Translations under genes and position numbers: made by a program | In this document: positions 24,231 to 36,793 of the stretch, piece by piece | Position numbering within the stretch: the stretch's first letter is position 1 | Layout of the letters: every line of letters starts with the position of its first letter | Notes under the pieces: model-generated | What the model was told of the DNA's origin: nothing | Databases searched by the model: none | The model's input: only the letters and a program-made list of their open reading frames with translations | Assembly: GCA_011109175.1 (NCBI GenBank) | Contig: RDEW01000030.1 | Span: 614,094 to 678,093, forward strand | Direction: 5' to 3' | Origin: Dicyema japonicum | Lineage: Eukaryota; Animalia; Dicyemida | DNA: 64,000 nucleotides

Positions 24231-27060
24231 TGACCTTCACAGTCTCTGCACACTCAACGCCAGCAAACATCATCTTGGAAGAATTCACCGAAAAGTTCAG
24301 AAGTCGTCCACGTACATCGCATCCTGAAGTACTGATTGGTGACCTGAGATCAGTAAACTAAGGGACGGTGAAGAGCTCAGTAGTCTGCGGAGCCTGACAT
24401 TGAATAGGAGAGGGTGGGAGAGATTATCATCGAGAATCATACAGACGTGGCTGATGAACGAATAGAATTCCCGAGAATTATCCACATTACGAACCTCGCA
24501 CATGGTAGTCCAGCTTAGTTCGTTCTAGTAATGGACTCATTAATTCATCGACTGGGATCCAACAAGGTGATCCTCCTGGTCCACTTCTTTTTTCTTTGGC
24601 AGTTGACGAGGCTGTCCGAGTATGATGGTTTTCAATTGTTGGTATTTGTACGATGCTATGATCATTGGCTCAACCAAGTGGGTCATGTATAGTCTAGAAA
24701 TATTTCTTCCAACTCTTAGCAGTCATGGACTCGAGATTAATCGCGTAAATCTGAAATTTAAACTCTGGAACTATCGCAAGATGAATTTTTTGGTGTCCAG
24801 ACATTTGGCCGACAGAAAATTCTGGTTTTAAAATTCAGAGATAAAATTCAAGATAAAAACATCAAATAAAATGAGTTAAAAAGTTACATCAATACTCATT
24901 GTTCTGTAGGTAAAGCAGTTAAGATTTACTTAAAGGTTATGAGAAAGCGCAGTCAAAAATTCTACTGGAGTGTATCCATCATATTTTTCAATGATACTGT
25001 TTATCCTTTTGTCCACATCCTGGTACTTCTTTACTTTCTTATTGTTATTCCGGCCATCACTTGTTCTACTGTGAGCTCCCACTCTGACTGTTCTTTTCGT
25101 ATTTTTGCAACAAGCAGTCAAACGGTCGGATGTTTTATAGACACTCTTTGTGAAAAATCTGTGCCATCCGTCAAGTGAATTCGTAGTTCTTGGGAGGCCT
25201 TCTGCCTGTCTGTCGTGTATATTCCACATTTCCAAACTAAACAATAGTCTTCTTCTTCCACGTTGCAAAGCTCCGATCCATGTTGTCTCAAAATAGGTCA
25301 GAAAATCTCCCAACACGTCATCAGTCTCGTCATCTATAGTTTCAAGGAGCGCTCGGAAACTCTCAATGACTTGAGGTACATGAACAAATGCCAGTGCTTG
25401 AATACTTTTAATTAAGTTTGCATTTGCTGGTCATTATACCATGCCTGCAGTCATAGATTTTGTATTTTCGGCATAAACACTGCCCAAAGTGAAAGTAGAA
25501 GCCATACATATTTGCATTTGGAAAAATTCTGTTGATAGCATTGATCGCTGCTCACTCATAATCTATGGTAAATGATAGTGGATTCAATTGTGGTTCTTTT
25601 CTCTTTCAGTGTTAAAAATATTTGTTCATACATTTGTTGAGATTTTTCTCGAGCAATAGCGTACACTAATGGAACCGTACATGTTTCACATAATGTAACA
25701 TGTGTATAACTGAAAACCTAATGGAGCTGAATCAAAAGTACCATCACATAACCAATGTTCTTTCATAGACATAAGATCAAGGTTTCTTGCTGTTGTTAAT
25801 ATAAGCAATCCATCACTATCGTGTAGTACAAAATCATCTCCTTTGAGAGTACTTTTAAGTTCATCAGTTAGAACATTACCGTCTTGTATTTGATCTGTAC
25901 GCTGTCGTCGAACAGTAGGGTTTCTTTTTTGGGTAGCGCACAAGCAGCATCAATAGGGTATGTGCTTAAACAATTTTGGATAACTGTGGATGTAGTTTTT
26001 CAGAATCTCTCGCTTTTTTCTTTATTGTATTGACGGTTTTCAGCGCATGTAAACGTCCTGCATATGGTGGATGTTCGTGTAGTGTCATAGTTTCATTAAG
26101 TTCTTCGTTAACAGTTCTTACTCTGCCTTTGCGTTTTCCTTTCAGCTCACATCTCCAATATATGACATTGTCTCTCTGTCTATCCATAACGTACGCATAT
26201 CCATCATGCAGAAGTTTTCTCTTTCCACGAGTGGTTTGTGAAAATTCCATTTTTTACCGTTATTAAAATACATAGTGTATTTATTGATCATTTATGCTTA
26301 ATTGAATTGTTGGCTAAACGTCTGTTGGCCAAATGTCCTGTCGGCCAATTGTCCTAGTACCGGAAATCACGATGCAGGATCGTGTCTTTTATCCCCGATG
26401 TGGAACACCTCGGATATTGGACTCACCGATTATCCCTCATTTTCTAAATAAGAAACTGTCGGAGATTAGTGGAGCCACCGTTAATTTGCACGAGCTTGAT
26501 TCCCATTCTCGGTTTTTTTCTCCTGAAGAATTTTCTTTTCCATCCAAGATTAATATTTTTGGGCCGATCCTTTCCTTGCAACCTATTTTCGGCAAGCCTG
26601 GAAAATTTCAACATTCTTACCACCAAATCTATTGTGAATATTCAGTTCGATAACATTGTACTGATACAAGATTTGGGGGAATCGGCTTAACTTACATTTT
26701 GGACGTTTCCTGTCCTCTTTGTCTAGCACGCGTTCCTCATCCAGAATATTCTTCCAGATTTCTGCAAATCCGCTCTGGACGACAAAAATGGTGATGGGTT
26801 GAAGAATTGGTCGGCGGTTTTGAAGAAACCCCTCTTGATCCAACTGGACCGACATCCACACAGATTGAGGAACTGGACGACTACTCAATCGACCCTTTTG
26901 GAAACGGACAACTTTCACCGTCGGGGTTGCATTCTGTCAGCCTCTTTCCCCGGCAGTGGTGTTGACTGAGCGTGTTTACATCATCTTCAATTGCTTCTGT
27001 TCCAAATGATTTCTCCGACAGGTGTCAGAGGAAACAGCCTCTCAATTACCTGAGCTGAAT
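24230..27060 (+). mobile_element. CRE-clade retrotransposon interrupted by a MULE
   Basis: TGIQQGDPPGPLLF and WYLxD before 24790; FLLKN..PRL after 26362; 3' end VRGNSLSI near 27030. Confidence 0.7.
24792..26361 (-). mobile_element. Mutator-like (MULE) transposon, FLYWCH plus DDE transposase, degenerate
   Basis: DGYAY..YWRC (FLYWCH), WLCDGTF, YFETTW, PRTTNSLDGWH. Inverted ends gacatttggccgacaga at 24800 and tctgttggccaaatgtc at 26321. Confidence 0.9.
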
Positions 27061-27106
27061 TACTTTGATTATTTATTAACTCAAATTTATTGTTTTGTTA
27101 CGTAAT

Positions 27107-27438
27107 TAACACCGAGAAGAAAGTTAACAGGAAACAACTAGTTGAGTGTACCCAGTTCCCACTATTGCAGAGTCCTTCAAAGTCACACAATTCCATCCGG
27201 AACCAGCATAAAAGGTAAAAGACGTCCATTCCTTGCAGTAGTATTAACCTTTCCAGTGGATTGATGGAGAGCAAATGATCTTTTTTCATTCCAGCCTGAC
27301 ACTGAGCGCCACCTGAGACAGGTGGATCACATGACGCCACTCAAGTAGGAAGGGAAAGAGGAGGAACAGACAAAACAAACAGAAAACTCCAGCCAATTAT
27401 CTACGTAGCACCACATTGCGTTACGCGGCAAAAATCAC
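27107..27438 (-). mobile_element. SINE-like family B, copy B1 (tail B), 11-bp TSD
   Basis: TSD tgttacgtaat at 27096-27106 and 27439-27449; colinear with 45593-45921. Confidence 0.85.
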
Positions 27439-27513
27439 TGTTACGTAATAAAAATTAAATATTTAATGAAATCGATAGAATTAAAATTAGAGCCCAAAAA
27501 TCAAATATACTAA

Positions 27514-28599
27514 TTATTGTAATATTCTGATCGTAACCATTCCTTCAAATGAAAAGTCATTATTAATTGAAGGTTCATAGTGATAGTAGGATTCCCCAGT
27601 TTCATCCAAACAGTCCACCAGATATGTTGACGGACCAAATATTCCAACATCATTTAGATTTTTTCCTATAATATATTCTGCCCCTGTGTCCTGATTCAGA
27701 TACTGATGCCATCCATTTCCGAAATTTCTTCCATATCTTGCATACTCTAATGTGCTATTGTTAAAAGTGATTGAAAGCATTTTATGATGTACTCTTTTAG
27801 AGCTTGGCAAGGCAGCAAGTGGAGTCAGGACTAGTCCAAGGAGTACTACAAATAAATAAATTTTTACATAAAATTATTAGACCCATCACTTTATAGTTTT
27901 TGAAAAAGGGAACTTTCTTTTCCGGAATTTCGACTGGTTCTGTCATTTTTCTTGTTGTAGTTATAGATTTCGTGGTTGAACTGAATTGAATTTCATTAAG
28001 TTCTAGGATTTTTACGTAGCAAACTTAGCGAAGAAGACGATTCCAGGGATGACGAATCATCGGGAATACGGTCAGTCAAAAAAATTTTATTTATTTCTTT
28101 TTTCTTAAATAAATCAATTAAGTAACCAAGTCCTCATTTTGGGAGTCATCAAGAGAGCTGCTGTCATCGCTGTACATCGACCCTTCCGTGTTAGTGGCCA
28201 TATCCTCTACAAAATTTTAAATTTATAAAAACGTGGATCTTCGTTAGTTCTACGTATGCACATTTGTTTAAATTTTTTTTCAAGATTTAACACATGTTTA
28301 TTAGTTGTGTATGAAAAATGATTTGGTCTATATTTACCTAAACGTCCGTCATATGCTGTATTCTGAATCTCAAAATCTTCTCCATAATTTCTAAAAAGCA
28401 AGGTTGCAAGAAATGGGGAAATCAGTTTTAGTGGTATGTTTTCCTTTTTATATCTTTCTTTCCTGAATTTGTCAATATCGTAAGATCTAATTCTTCTTAG
28501 ACCACTCTCAATCATTGACATTTCAAAAAAATGTTTATCTTCCAGTTTTTTCATGTCTTCTTTTTCTTTCTTTTCTTTCAATGTCAATTGTTCACTCAT
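27514..28599 (-). CDS. Orphan type II membrane protein, paralog A
   Basis: Four 22-26-nt introns join a charged N-terminus, TM VMGLIILLLLGLVLTPLAAL and a C-terminal domain with DVGIFGPSTYLV. Confidence 0.75.
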
Positions 28600-28749
28600 T
28601 TTGATGCAAACTTTTGGTGTACGGTAAATTGACTTAATAACTGAAAATATTTATACAAATTAAGCCTATTTCCTAAATAAACAAATTTAATTGTTGTAAT
28701 AAGAAATATTAATCAATTATTAATAAATTTTAAATTAAAAACTATTTTG

Positions 28750-30180
28750 GCAAATTATCTAAAATTTATTAAAAATAAATCTTATTCGATCAGAACAAAA
28801 TGGAAACACTTTGGAACCACAGAACCCAACTCTAGTCGTTATAATTTGGAATCCTTAATCAGTCAATCAGAAGGGGCCCTAGCATTCAAAGAATATCTGG
28901 ATGCAGAACTAGAAAACATGCCTACGGAAAATCCTAGGATTTTGTATAGTAGTCAATACACAAAAGGAGCCAGCCTGCATCTATTGAAAAAAAATGAGAA
29001 AATCCTATCGCACAATGACATGTACACGGTGAAGGACCTTGCCAATAAGCAGAAGACCATATGGATGCTATATCAAAATACTGACGATTCGAACGTAAAA
29101 TCAAAATTGGGCAACAAAGAAAAACTATCAAAGCAAAAATAAGAAAAACTATACGTCAACATAACAGAAATAGAGCAATGGACCAAATTAAGAAGATAGA
29201 ATCTCTCAAGGACAACGCTAATTCTACGAGGATGTTAAACAGATAAAGGAAAGAGACCCTCAGTTGATAATGATAAGAGATGACAAAGGAACGCAGATTG
29301 TGGACCAAAGGGAAGTGGCGGAAATTATCGCTGCCCACTTTGGAGAACTTTTCAATCTAAGGAACGACAAAAATTGGATGAAGAAATCACACCATATGAA
29401 GTTGAACTTGCGAGTTCCAAGTTGAAAAACAACAGGATTCCCGGCCCCGACGGACTTGGTGATGGATTCTTCAAATATGGAACCCAAAAGCTGTATGAAT
29501 GCATCGCTAGGATCCTGAATGAAATGTACTATTATGGTCACACGCTGACTCTGGAAAAGGATATCTTGATATCTGTACAGAAGGCGAATAAACAAGAGCT
29601 AAGGTGGAGAACCTCCGTCCAGTCATATCAATGAAGTCACTTCGGAAAATTCTGGCGAACATAACATTACAAAGGATGGAAGGACGCATAGATACTTTTT
29701 TGTAGCTATACCACAGCGGATTCAGAAAAGGAAGATCTAGTTCCGATGTTTTGTGGTCCCATAAATGGAGATCTGCGGCCGTTCAAAAGTTCAAAATGTC
29801 TACAACCATCCTCGGAATCGACATTTCGAGGGCCTTTGACTCTGTCGACAGACGGAGGCTAATACTGGTTCTGTTGGGGAGTTTCCTAGACGAATCCACT
29901 GTCAGAATGGCCACCACCCTCCTAGCTGATACTTGGCTCACTGTAAGATTCCTCTGACATTTGAGACGACTGTTGGCACTCCACAGGGAGACCCATTATC
30001 ACCTATTTTTTGTCATATACCTTGAAGCTGCTTTACGAGAGTCAAAACCGATAATGGGTGAAAAGACAAACATTATTGCGTATTCTGACGACGTAGACTT
30101 TATTTCAAATGACAAAATATCGCTCACCCGCTTGTCCCAAAAATATACTCGACCTTTGCAAATTGGCCACATTTTGAAAA
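28750..30180 (+). mobile_element. Degenerate RTE-like LINE
   Basis: PGPDG, GFRKGRS, GIDISRAFD, GTPQG and YSDDVDF motifs. Confidence 0.85.
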
Positions 30181-31689
30181 TTTTACTAAGAAAAAATCCT
30201 ATCTCCTTTCTCTCTAGTCTACTATTTAGCTTGTCTACTAGCTTAGTTTATCATCTACCATTTGAGACTGCAGCTTTGTTATGAGAGATAAAATATCCTC
30301 TCTATCGGAATAATTGGAGTCCCTTTTTTGCTACAGCCAGTCTATAATGACATGGTGCTAGTCCTGCTGTGCCTCATATAGTTCTCTATTCCTGACAATC
30401 TGTCTCCACATGGAGGTTGGCAGGACTCCTTTTGATCAGCCCTATGAAGACAATGATCAAAGGTAGGTCGAAGACCACCTAATATGATCAGAGATCAAGT
30501 TAATTCAGCATGATTACTTTCAGTGAGGATTTCCCCAGGCTGTAAAATTTATTTATTTGCAACATTATTTGGTTTGTTAACTGATATTGCACGTATTTTG
30601 ATCGGTTTTGTGGGATTATGTTTTGGTGGGGATTTTTGGTAAATTTTTTTATTTAAAAATGGTTGTATTTCATGGGAGGCCTAAGAAATCCTATGCTTGA
30701 TGAGATTGGCATGTCTCATCAATTCAGACATTTTTTCGGCGCAGTCGTAGACAACTCCACATTTTTCTCTTTAAGGTTCAAAGCAGTGCAAAAAGAAGCT
30801 TCTTTTTTTCTTGCCTTCTTTTGATCAGTTCTCCCGTTTTCTAATTTGCTCGCTTTCTCAGCTGAACAGCATGAAAATCTTTTAGCCGCTTTTTAATCGC
30901 CGATTTTGCCTGATCCAGTAATCTATGAATGCCTTAGCCTCCTCAGTTTGCTTAAGTTTCTGTCTCTGTTGTCTCTGAACCCGTTTTCTCTGCATGTATT
31001 CCTCCACGTCTTTCACACTATAATTACGAGTCCTGTCTGCAGTAATCTTGCCGGTTTAGAAGCCAAATTGCTTCGATTTAAATTTTCTGCCTAACTTTTT
31101 TTGTTTATTCTCATCAATATATCAGCCAGAAATTCGTTCTTCGCGATTTCTGTAATTTGCTCGTTGTTTGAAATTCCTGGCTCTACAGGAATCCTGGTCT
31201 GGCTTGTGTTTCTCGACTAGTTGTTGGAATTAGTGTTATTTTGAGGCTCACTTTTTTTGGTGGCCTCTCTTGGAAAATGGTGCTGATTTCTCCCAATTTT
31301 GGTAGTAATTTGTTCGGACAAGGGACATCCTTAGGTGGATGTCGGCCACTGAGAGCTGGGTGTGGGGAAACCGAATTACATTGTCGACGAACATAGTTCC
31401 TGAGCTATTCAAAACACAGGTCAGGTTTTGTTGCCAATTCTTGTGTGCTTTGAATTATTTTAGGAGTCTTTCTTAAGTCAGCAACCTTTTTTTTATAGTC
31501 ATCGTTAATACAACGGGACGGCAAAAACTTAAAGCTACCACGTGAGACATCATAGAAACTACTTCTAAGTGATGATTGTTCCTATTTGTGTCATAAACTA
31601 ATTACGTTGTAAAATGAGTCTATACTGAACTCCACGTGGGCTTAAACTTCGATGTTAGTCCGCCAGCTTCTTTATATGGTAAAATTTAC

Positions 31690-31830
31690 CTGATTGGATA
31701 GAATAGCTGTTTCCCTGACAACTGCTAGAGAAATCCTTTGGAACAAGCATTCGATTTCCCAAAGTTTATTACTCATTTTCGATATCACTGACCCAAGCGA
31801 TCTTAGAAAAGAGACCGTCTTGGGCCTGAA
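31690..31830 (-). mobile_element. CRE-clade 3' end, related copy at 43560-43700
   Basis: FLRSLGSVISK...LFQRISLAVVR; shared DNA gcgatcttagaaaa at both sites. Confidence 0.65.
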
Positions 31831-32133
31831 GACTCCGCTCGTACATGGAATCTCACTTATATTTTCTGTTTAAAATTTCGATCTTTTGTGAGAATCTTTG
31901 ATTTTAGCGAAATAGCCCTTTCAACAGAGTCAGAACTTGCAGTTGAATAGACATATATGGTGGGAAATTCTTATTCAAATATTTCTAGTATTTCCAAAAT
32001 ACCAATTATTTGAAGTTTTTTGGAAATATATTTATTCACTTTACAAGGGTCTGTTTTGAAGTGAATATGTTGTAGGTCCAAAAATGCTTTCTTCATTGAA
32101 TAATCTCAATGATGACTAAATTTTAAATTCAAT

Positions 32134-32530
32134 TTATATAAATGAAACAATCAACCGGGGGTCATACACTAGCCCCCTGACTGCGTCGCTATTCCCTCTC
32201 AGGATGGCAAGCAAGATTCGATCTGCCAGGCCAAAGCATTTTATTTGGTCCCCGTTACGGCGGGATGCGGCACACAAATTTTTAATCCACCAAAGCAAAC
32301 GCCTGTTTGTGCCGAACAAATCTATCCTCCGATAGTCAATTACAGGCTTTCGTTTCCGAAAAGACGTGGAGAAGTAGGTCCGCCTTCTTACATTTTTGTC
32401 GCACGTCCTACTGACATGGACATCAATTCTTTCTTTAGTGGAAGAGTTTTTATAATGGAAAATCTTCACCATTTGAATTGGCCAGGGAGAATGTAGGAAG
32501 ATCACTTTCAACAACTTGTCGTCCAAGAGG
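32134..32530 (-). mobile_element. CRE-clade 3' fragment
   Basis: RILLAILRGNSDAVRG. Confidence 0.6.
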
Positions 32531-32569
32531 GACTCTTCGCCTCAGTGGTGAGATCTGTTAACGAGAATT

Positions 32570-32660
32570 GACATTCGCTGAAAACTCCATCTTTCGGATT
32601 CGAACCCACGACTATCAGATCCGATGTCATCAGACGTTACTTACAGTCAGAACGCCCGCG
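32570..32660 (-). pseudogene. tRNA-like relic or SINE head
   Basis: B box gggttcgaatcc with a tRNA-Arg-like upstream stretch; no intact cloverleaf. Confidence 0.3.
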
Positions 32661-32949
32661 CTTTAGATTCGACTTATTATTATCTAACCCCCAAAAAAGA
32701 ATCCGATAAACCTCATCAGTATTGATAGCGTTTTACTGTGCTCCTCCATATACCCAAAGCTTTTCTAAATACACGACGTTTCCCGTTTGTGATAATTTGG
32801 AGAGTCGTGGACTTTTTTCACAAATTACGTGTACCATAGGCTTCTATTGCTGATTGGTAGAAGCGATCGGACTCCGAACCGCAGAGAGTAATGAAGCCAT
32901 AACCATTATTTCCGGATTGCCGCGTTATTATTAACCCAAAAACACCAAT

Positions 32950-33400
32950 AGTTAATCTCTTGAAATTAATTAGGTGATCCCGACAATCCTAATGAGCTTT
33001 CTCAGCTTCTCCCGGTGTTGGACTTTTGACCCAACACAGTCATGGTACGGACGGGGGATAGTGTTCGTGAGAAGACCAACTGGGGTGATGTGCTTCTAGA
33101 AACCGCTTGACAACAGGACGGTCTGTCGACGACAGGTCCTGCTGGAAGATTAAGGTTAAGAAACTCTTGCCGTTTTGCTTGATAAGGTAGTCAAAGGGAC
33201 TAGGTAGAATATTGTTCAGCTTTGCGATGTGCGTTATGGTAGTCGCAGCTCGACATAGGGTGTTATCAACTTTAAGACGGTTGATCCACGAGAGATTAAT
33301 TCCCCATGCTGCACAGGCATAACTGATAGTCGGCTCGATGAATTGCTTATAGAGAATACCGAGAGCAGGGAATGGCATTTTTATTCCACCAAATATGGTT
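32950..33400 (-). mobile_element. I/Jockey-like LINE 3' region
   Basis: YKQFIEPTISYACAAW is a post-RT motif. Confidence 0.65.
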
Positions 33401-33540
33401 TTGATTAAACCAATTTTCCTCTGACAAGTTCCAATGGTCCGCGTTGTAGAGATTGCCGCGTTGTAGAGTAAGATTCGAATGTTAGATATTTATTTTAATA
33501 TTTATTTCATTTTTAATAATTTAAATAATAAATATTTACA

Positions 33541-33796
33541 TTAAAATAAATTATGTTTCTTTCCAAATAAATAATATAATCTATCTTTAGATTTTTGCTG
33601 TAAATTGAGCAAATCATCGATTCGTTTTTGCTCTTTTTTCTAAAAAAATAAAAATAATTGAAACAAATTTTAGGTATTTAAAAAAGTAGATCAAAAAGAA
33701 CAACAAAAATGCTCCAAAAACTAATAAAATTGGCAAAATTACTCCATATATGTAATATTCAGAGGAGAAAAACGATTCTTTCATTTCTATTTGCAT
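33541..33796 (-). CDS. Small single-pass membrane protein (about 76 aa)
   Basis: TM YIYGVILPILLVFGAFLLFFLIYFF; a 25-nt GT-AG intron leads to a basic tail KKEQKRIDDLL...HNLF*. Confidence 0.5.
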
Positions 33797-33959
33797 TCAG
33801 CGTCACTTACTATAAATTTGGTCAATCAAATCCCGGCTAATTAGTCTCTAGAGACTTTTTGGAAGCAAAATGAATAAATTATATGCATTAAATGTAAGTG
33901 AATACGATACATAAACAAAATATGTTACCAACCATACGGCTAACCACGCCAGAAAATAG

Positions 33960-34140
33960 TCTAATTTTATAAAAACCGTTGGTCCAATGACGGCTGAGTT
34001 TTTGCGAGAACTCGGAGGATTGCTTGCCAGAAAGAAAAGGGATCAACGAGAAGGGTTATGGCTAAGACAAAAGATTGGAATGACCATACTCCGAGGGAAC
34101 TCGTTCGCAATCCACGCAGCAGGCTTCCTCAACTGACATT
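33960..34140 (+). mobile_element. CRE-clade 3' end
   Basis: GPMTAEFLRELG...WLRQKIGMTILRGNSFAI. Confidence 0.7.
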
Positions 34141-34249
34141 TGTTTTTTAAAAAAATTATTTTGTTTAAAAAAAATTTTATGAAAAACAAAATATGATAGA
34201 GATATTGAATTAAGGTAAATGGAAACCTACGTTACCCATAAAACACAGC

Positions 34250-34712
34250 CAAACAAAACCAACTAAAACACTTATTACGGCTGTTAATCCAACTTTAGTC
34301 TCGAATAACATCATGGCTCTATCCGTATCTTATTAAACGGTTTCAAGTACTTTTAACCCTTTTCTCAAATTTTTTTCAACTTTCTTTCACGGTACTTGTC
34401 CGTTATCGAACTCGTGCATTTATTTAGTCTTAGGTGATGCTTTCGGCCAACTTTGGCTTGCACTCACAAGCAAGTTGACTCTAACGACACTCGCGAATAA
34501 GTATACCAGGCTACTGCAGGCCTTTCACCTTCTATGTGAGACCTGTTCGACAGTACTTGTCACCTAGCATGCACACTTAATAGTATCGCAAACGCCACAC
34601 GATTCAGCGACGGACTCCCAATTCATTCGCCATTACTACTAGAATCCCTGTTGGTTTCTTTTTGCTTAATGATATGCTTAAGTTCAGCAGGTAATCATAC
34701 CTGACTGAGGCT
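34250..34712 (-). pseudogene. 28S rRNA 5' fragment (rDNA orphon)
   Basis: Minus strand acctgctgaacttaagcatatcattaagc...gaaaccaacagggattc matches the LSU 5' end; it stops after about 450 nt. Confidence 0.88.
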
Positions 34713-34829
34713 AGTTATTATCAATTGCTTACATTCAAATACTCAGCAACACTCAAATAGCAAGACATTCTAAAGAAGCGCTCTCTTAAATGCAGTGACT
34801 ATCTATCAAGTCAAATGCACATCTCAGCT

Positions 34830-35000
34830 ACAACTCCACACGTATTCCACTTGCATGTCCAATCAGACACGGTCCACTTTACATGAACCTCAAGTTGAAT
34901 TCAGGATTTCAATGATCATAGGTATCGAAAATCACATTACTTATCGCAATTTTCTACGCCCTTCGTAGATGCAAGAATCAAGTGATCTAACACTACTCCC
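34830..35000 (-). pseudogene. 5.8S rRNA, degenerate
   Basis: Minus strand gcatctacgaagggcgtag..aattgcgataagtaatgtga matches the 5.8S core. Confidence 0.85.
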
Positions 35001-35187
35001 ATCCCATCTCGTACCCAAGCATCAATTTACGGTATACAGTCAGGTGACACCCACATAGGTTACTTTAAACCCAGTAAACAACAACGAAACCCAAATAGTG
35101 ACCATTTACTTACAACCACTAAATTCACTGTACTTATCTGTGCCTAGCTTACCAATAAGCCAACATATAATCGTTTTATCGTCTCAG

Positions 35188-36100
35188 TAATGATACTTCT
35201 GCAGGTTCACTCAAAGAAACCTTGTTATGACTTTTACTTCCTTTAAATGAGTAGGCTCGGGTGTCTATTCGCACCCATAAAAGTGCACGATCCAACAATC
35301 CACCAAATTATTCATCGGTAGTAGCGACGGGTTGTGTGTACAAAGGGCAGAGGACGTAAATTTCAGGCTAATGACCTGCGATTAATAGGAATTCCCTGTG
35401 CAAGAGGAATAATTATACCCCTCGATTCCTGTCACAAAGAAATTTTAAGATTTAGCTTGCTTGCCAAGCGAGACCCACTGCTTTTTTGATTGTAGTGCAC
35501 GTGTAGCCTCGAACGTCTAAGAGCAATCACAGACCTGTTATCGCTGACTTTCAAGTGTTTTAAACACTGATCCCTCTAAGAAGTTGAACGACTAGAATTG
35601 AAAAACTAGTAAGTAAATTTGAGTCTCGTTCGTTATCGGAATTAACCAGACAGATATCTCCACCAACAACCATGCTCCACTACCCACACTATCAAGAAAA
35701 AGCTATCATTCTGTCAATCCTCACTGCGTTAGGCCCGGGTGAGTTTTTCTGTGTTGAGTCAAATTGAACCGCAAACTCCACTCCTGTTATAGCCCTTCCG
35801 TCAATTCCCTAAAGTTTCAGCTTTGCAACCATACTTCCCCCGGAGACAAAAGACTTTGGTTTCCCTGAAGCAACCCCTAATGTAAAAATACTTATTAACG
35901 GAGTACTAGATGGTATTGTTTATAGTTGGAACTACGACGAAATCTAATAGACTTTGATACTCCAACTTTCGTTCTTGATTAATGAAGACATCCTTGGCAA
36001 ATGCTTTCGCTGCTGTTCGTCCTCGAACCATGATTCCCCGTTACCCGTTGTAATCATGGTAAGCATTACCTAACCGTCAACAATTGATGGGGACATTGAT
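35188..36100 (-). pseudogene. 18S rRNA, 5'-truncated and internally deleted
   Basis: Universal motifs gtgtacaaagggcag, ccgtcaattcc and gaagtaaaagtc.taacaagg; abrupt jump at about 36028. Confidence 0.92.
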
Positions 36101-36793
36101 CTAAATCATTTTGGACATGACAATTTTTTAAGCTGAGAAACAAATATTATGGATTGAGCATGAAAGAATTTACAGTCACCTAATGCATGAGTACCTTCAT
36201 GAAATGAAATACTAGTTTCACCACTTCAATCGTCTGGAGTGAGTCTTACTCCCTAGAATGCGATTTTTGTGAGTGAAACCAAAATTAACAAAAATTGGAA
36301 CTTACTAAGCAAAACATCGCAAATAACAAAATTATGAATTCAAAATAAATTTTGACAAAGAGCATTCCACTCTCATTTCTTCAAGGATTTCTTGCCAATC
36401 ATAAATGTCCGTAACCCATTCGTTAATTTGGTTACTTTTCTTTCCGAAAAGGGACATAGATATTTCTCCACAAATTTAGGCATGAGTCTTCCAAGAGAAT
36501 GCCCCTTCTATTCTTGGGAGGACACTATAGTTTAGAGTGAGTACTTTCAAAAATATTTAGTTATTTATCCCCGATCTCTTCAAGTGAAGCAGGCCAGTAA
36601 CGAACAGGAAAGTATCAACCAAACTGGACGTTCAAAAAGATCAGTCAGATGTGAGTCAGAACTCGAAAGGAACCAGGATAATGTGAAGAGGACTTTTCCA
36701 AAATAGACATACCCACTATTAATATTTCTAGAAAATCATAAAAGTACTAAATCACAGAATTTATTGCTAAAACTACTAATTTTAAGGGACAAA

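Noticed and set aside
32040-32130. IFGPTTYSL as a third copy of the DVGxFGPxTY domain
   Set aside because: The other conserved positions are absent, and the adjacent sequence (SSDSVERAISLKSKIL) looks like a hAT C-terminal relic.
34250-36100. Functional rRNA operon
   Set aside because: Both ends are truncated, there is an internal deletion, and universally conserved positions are substituted.
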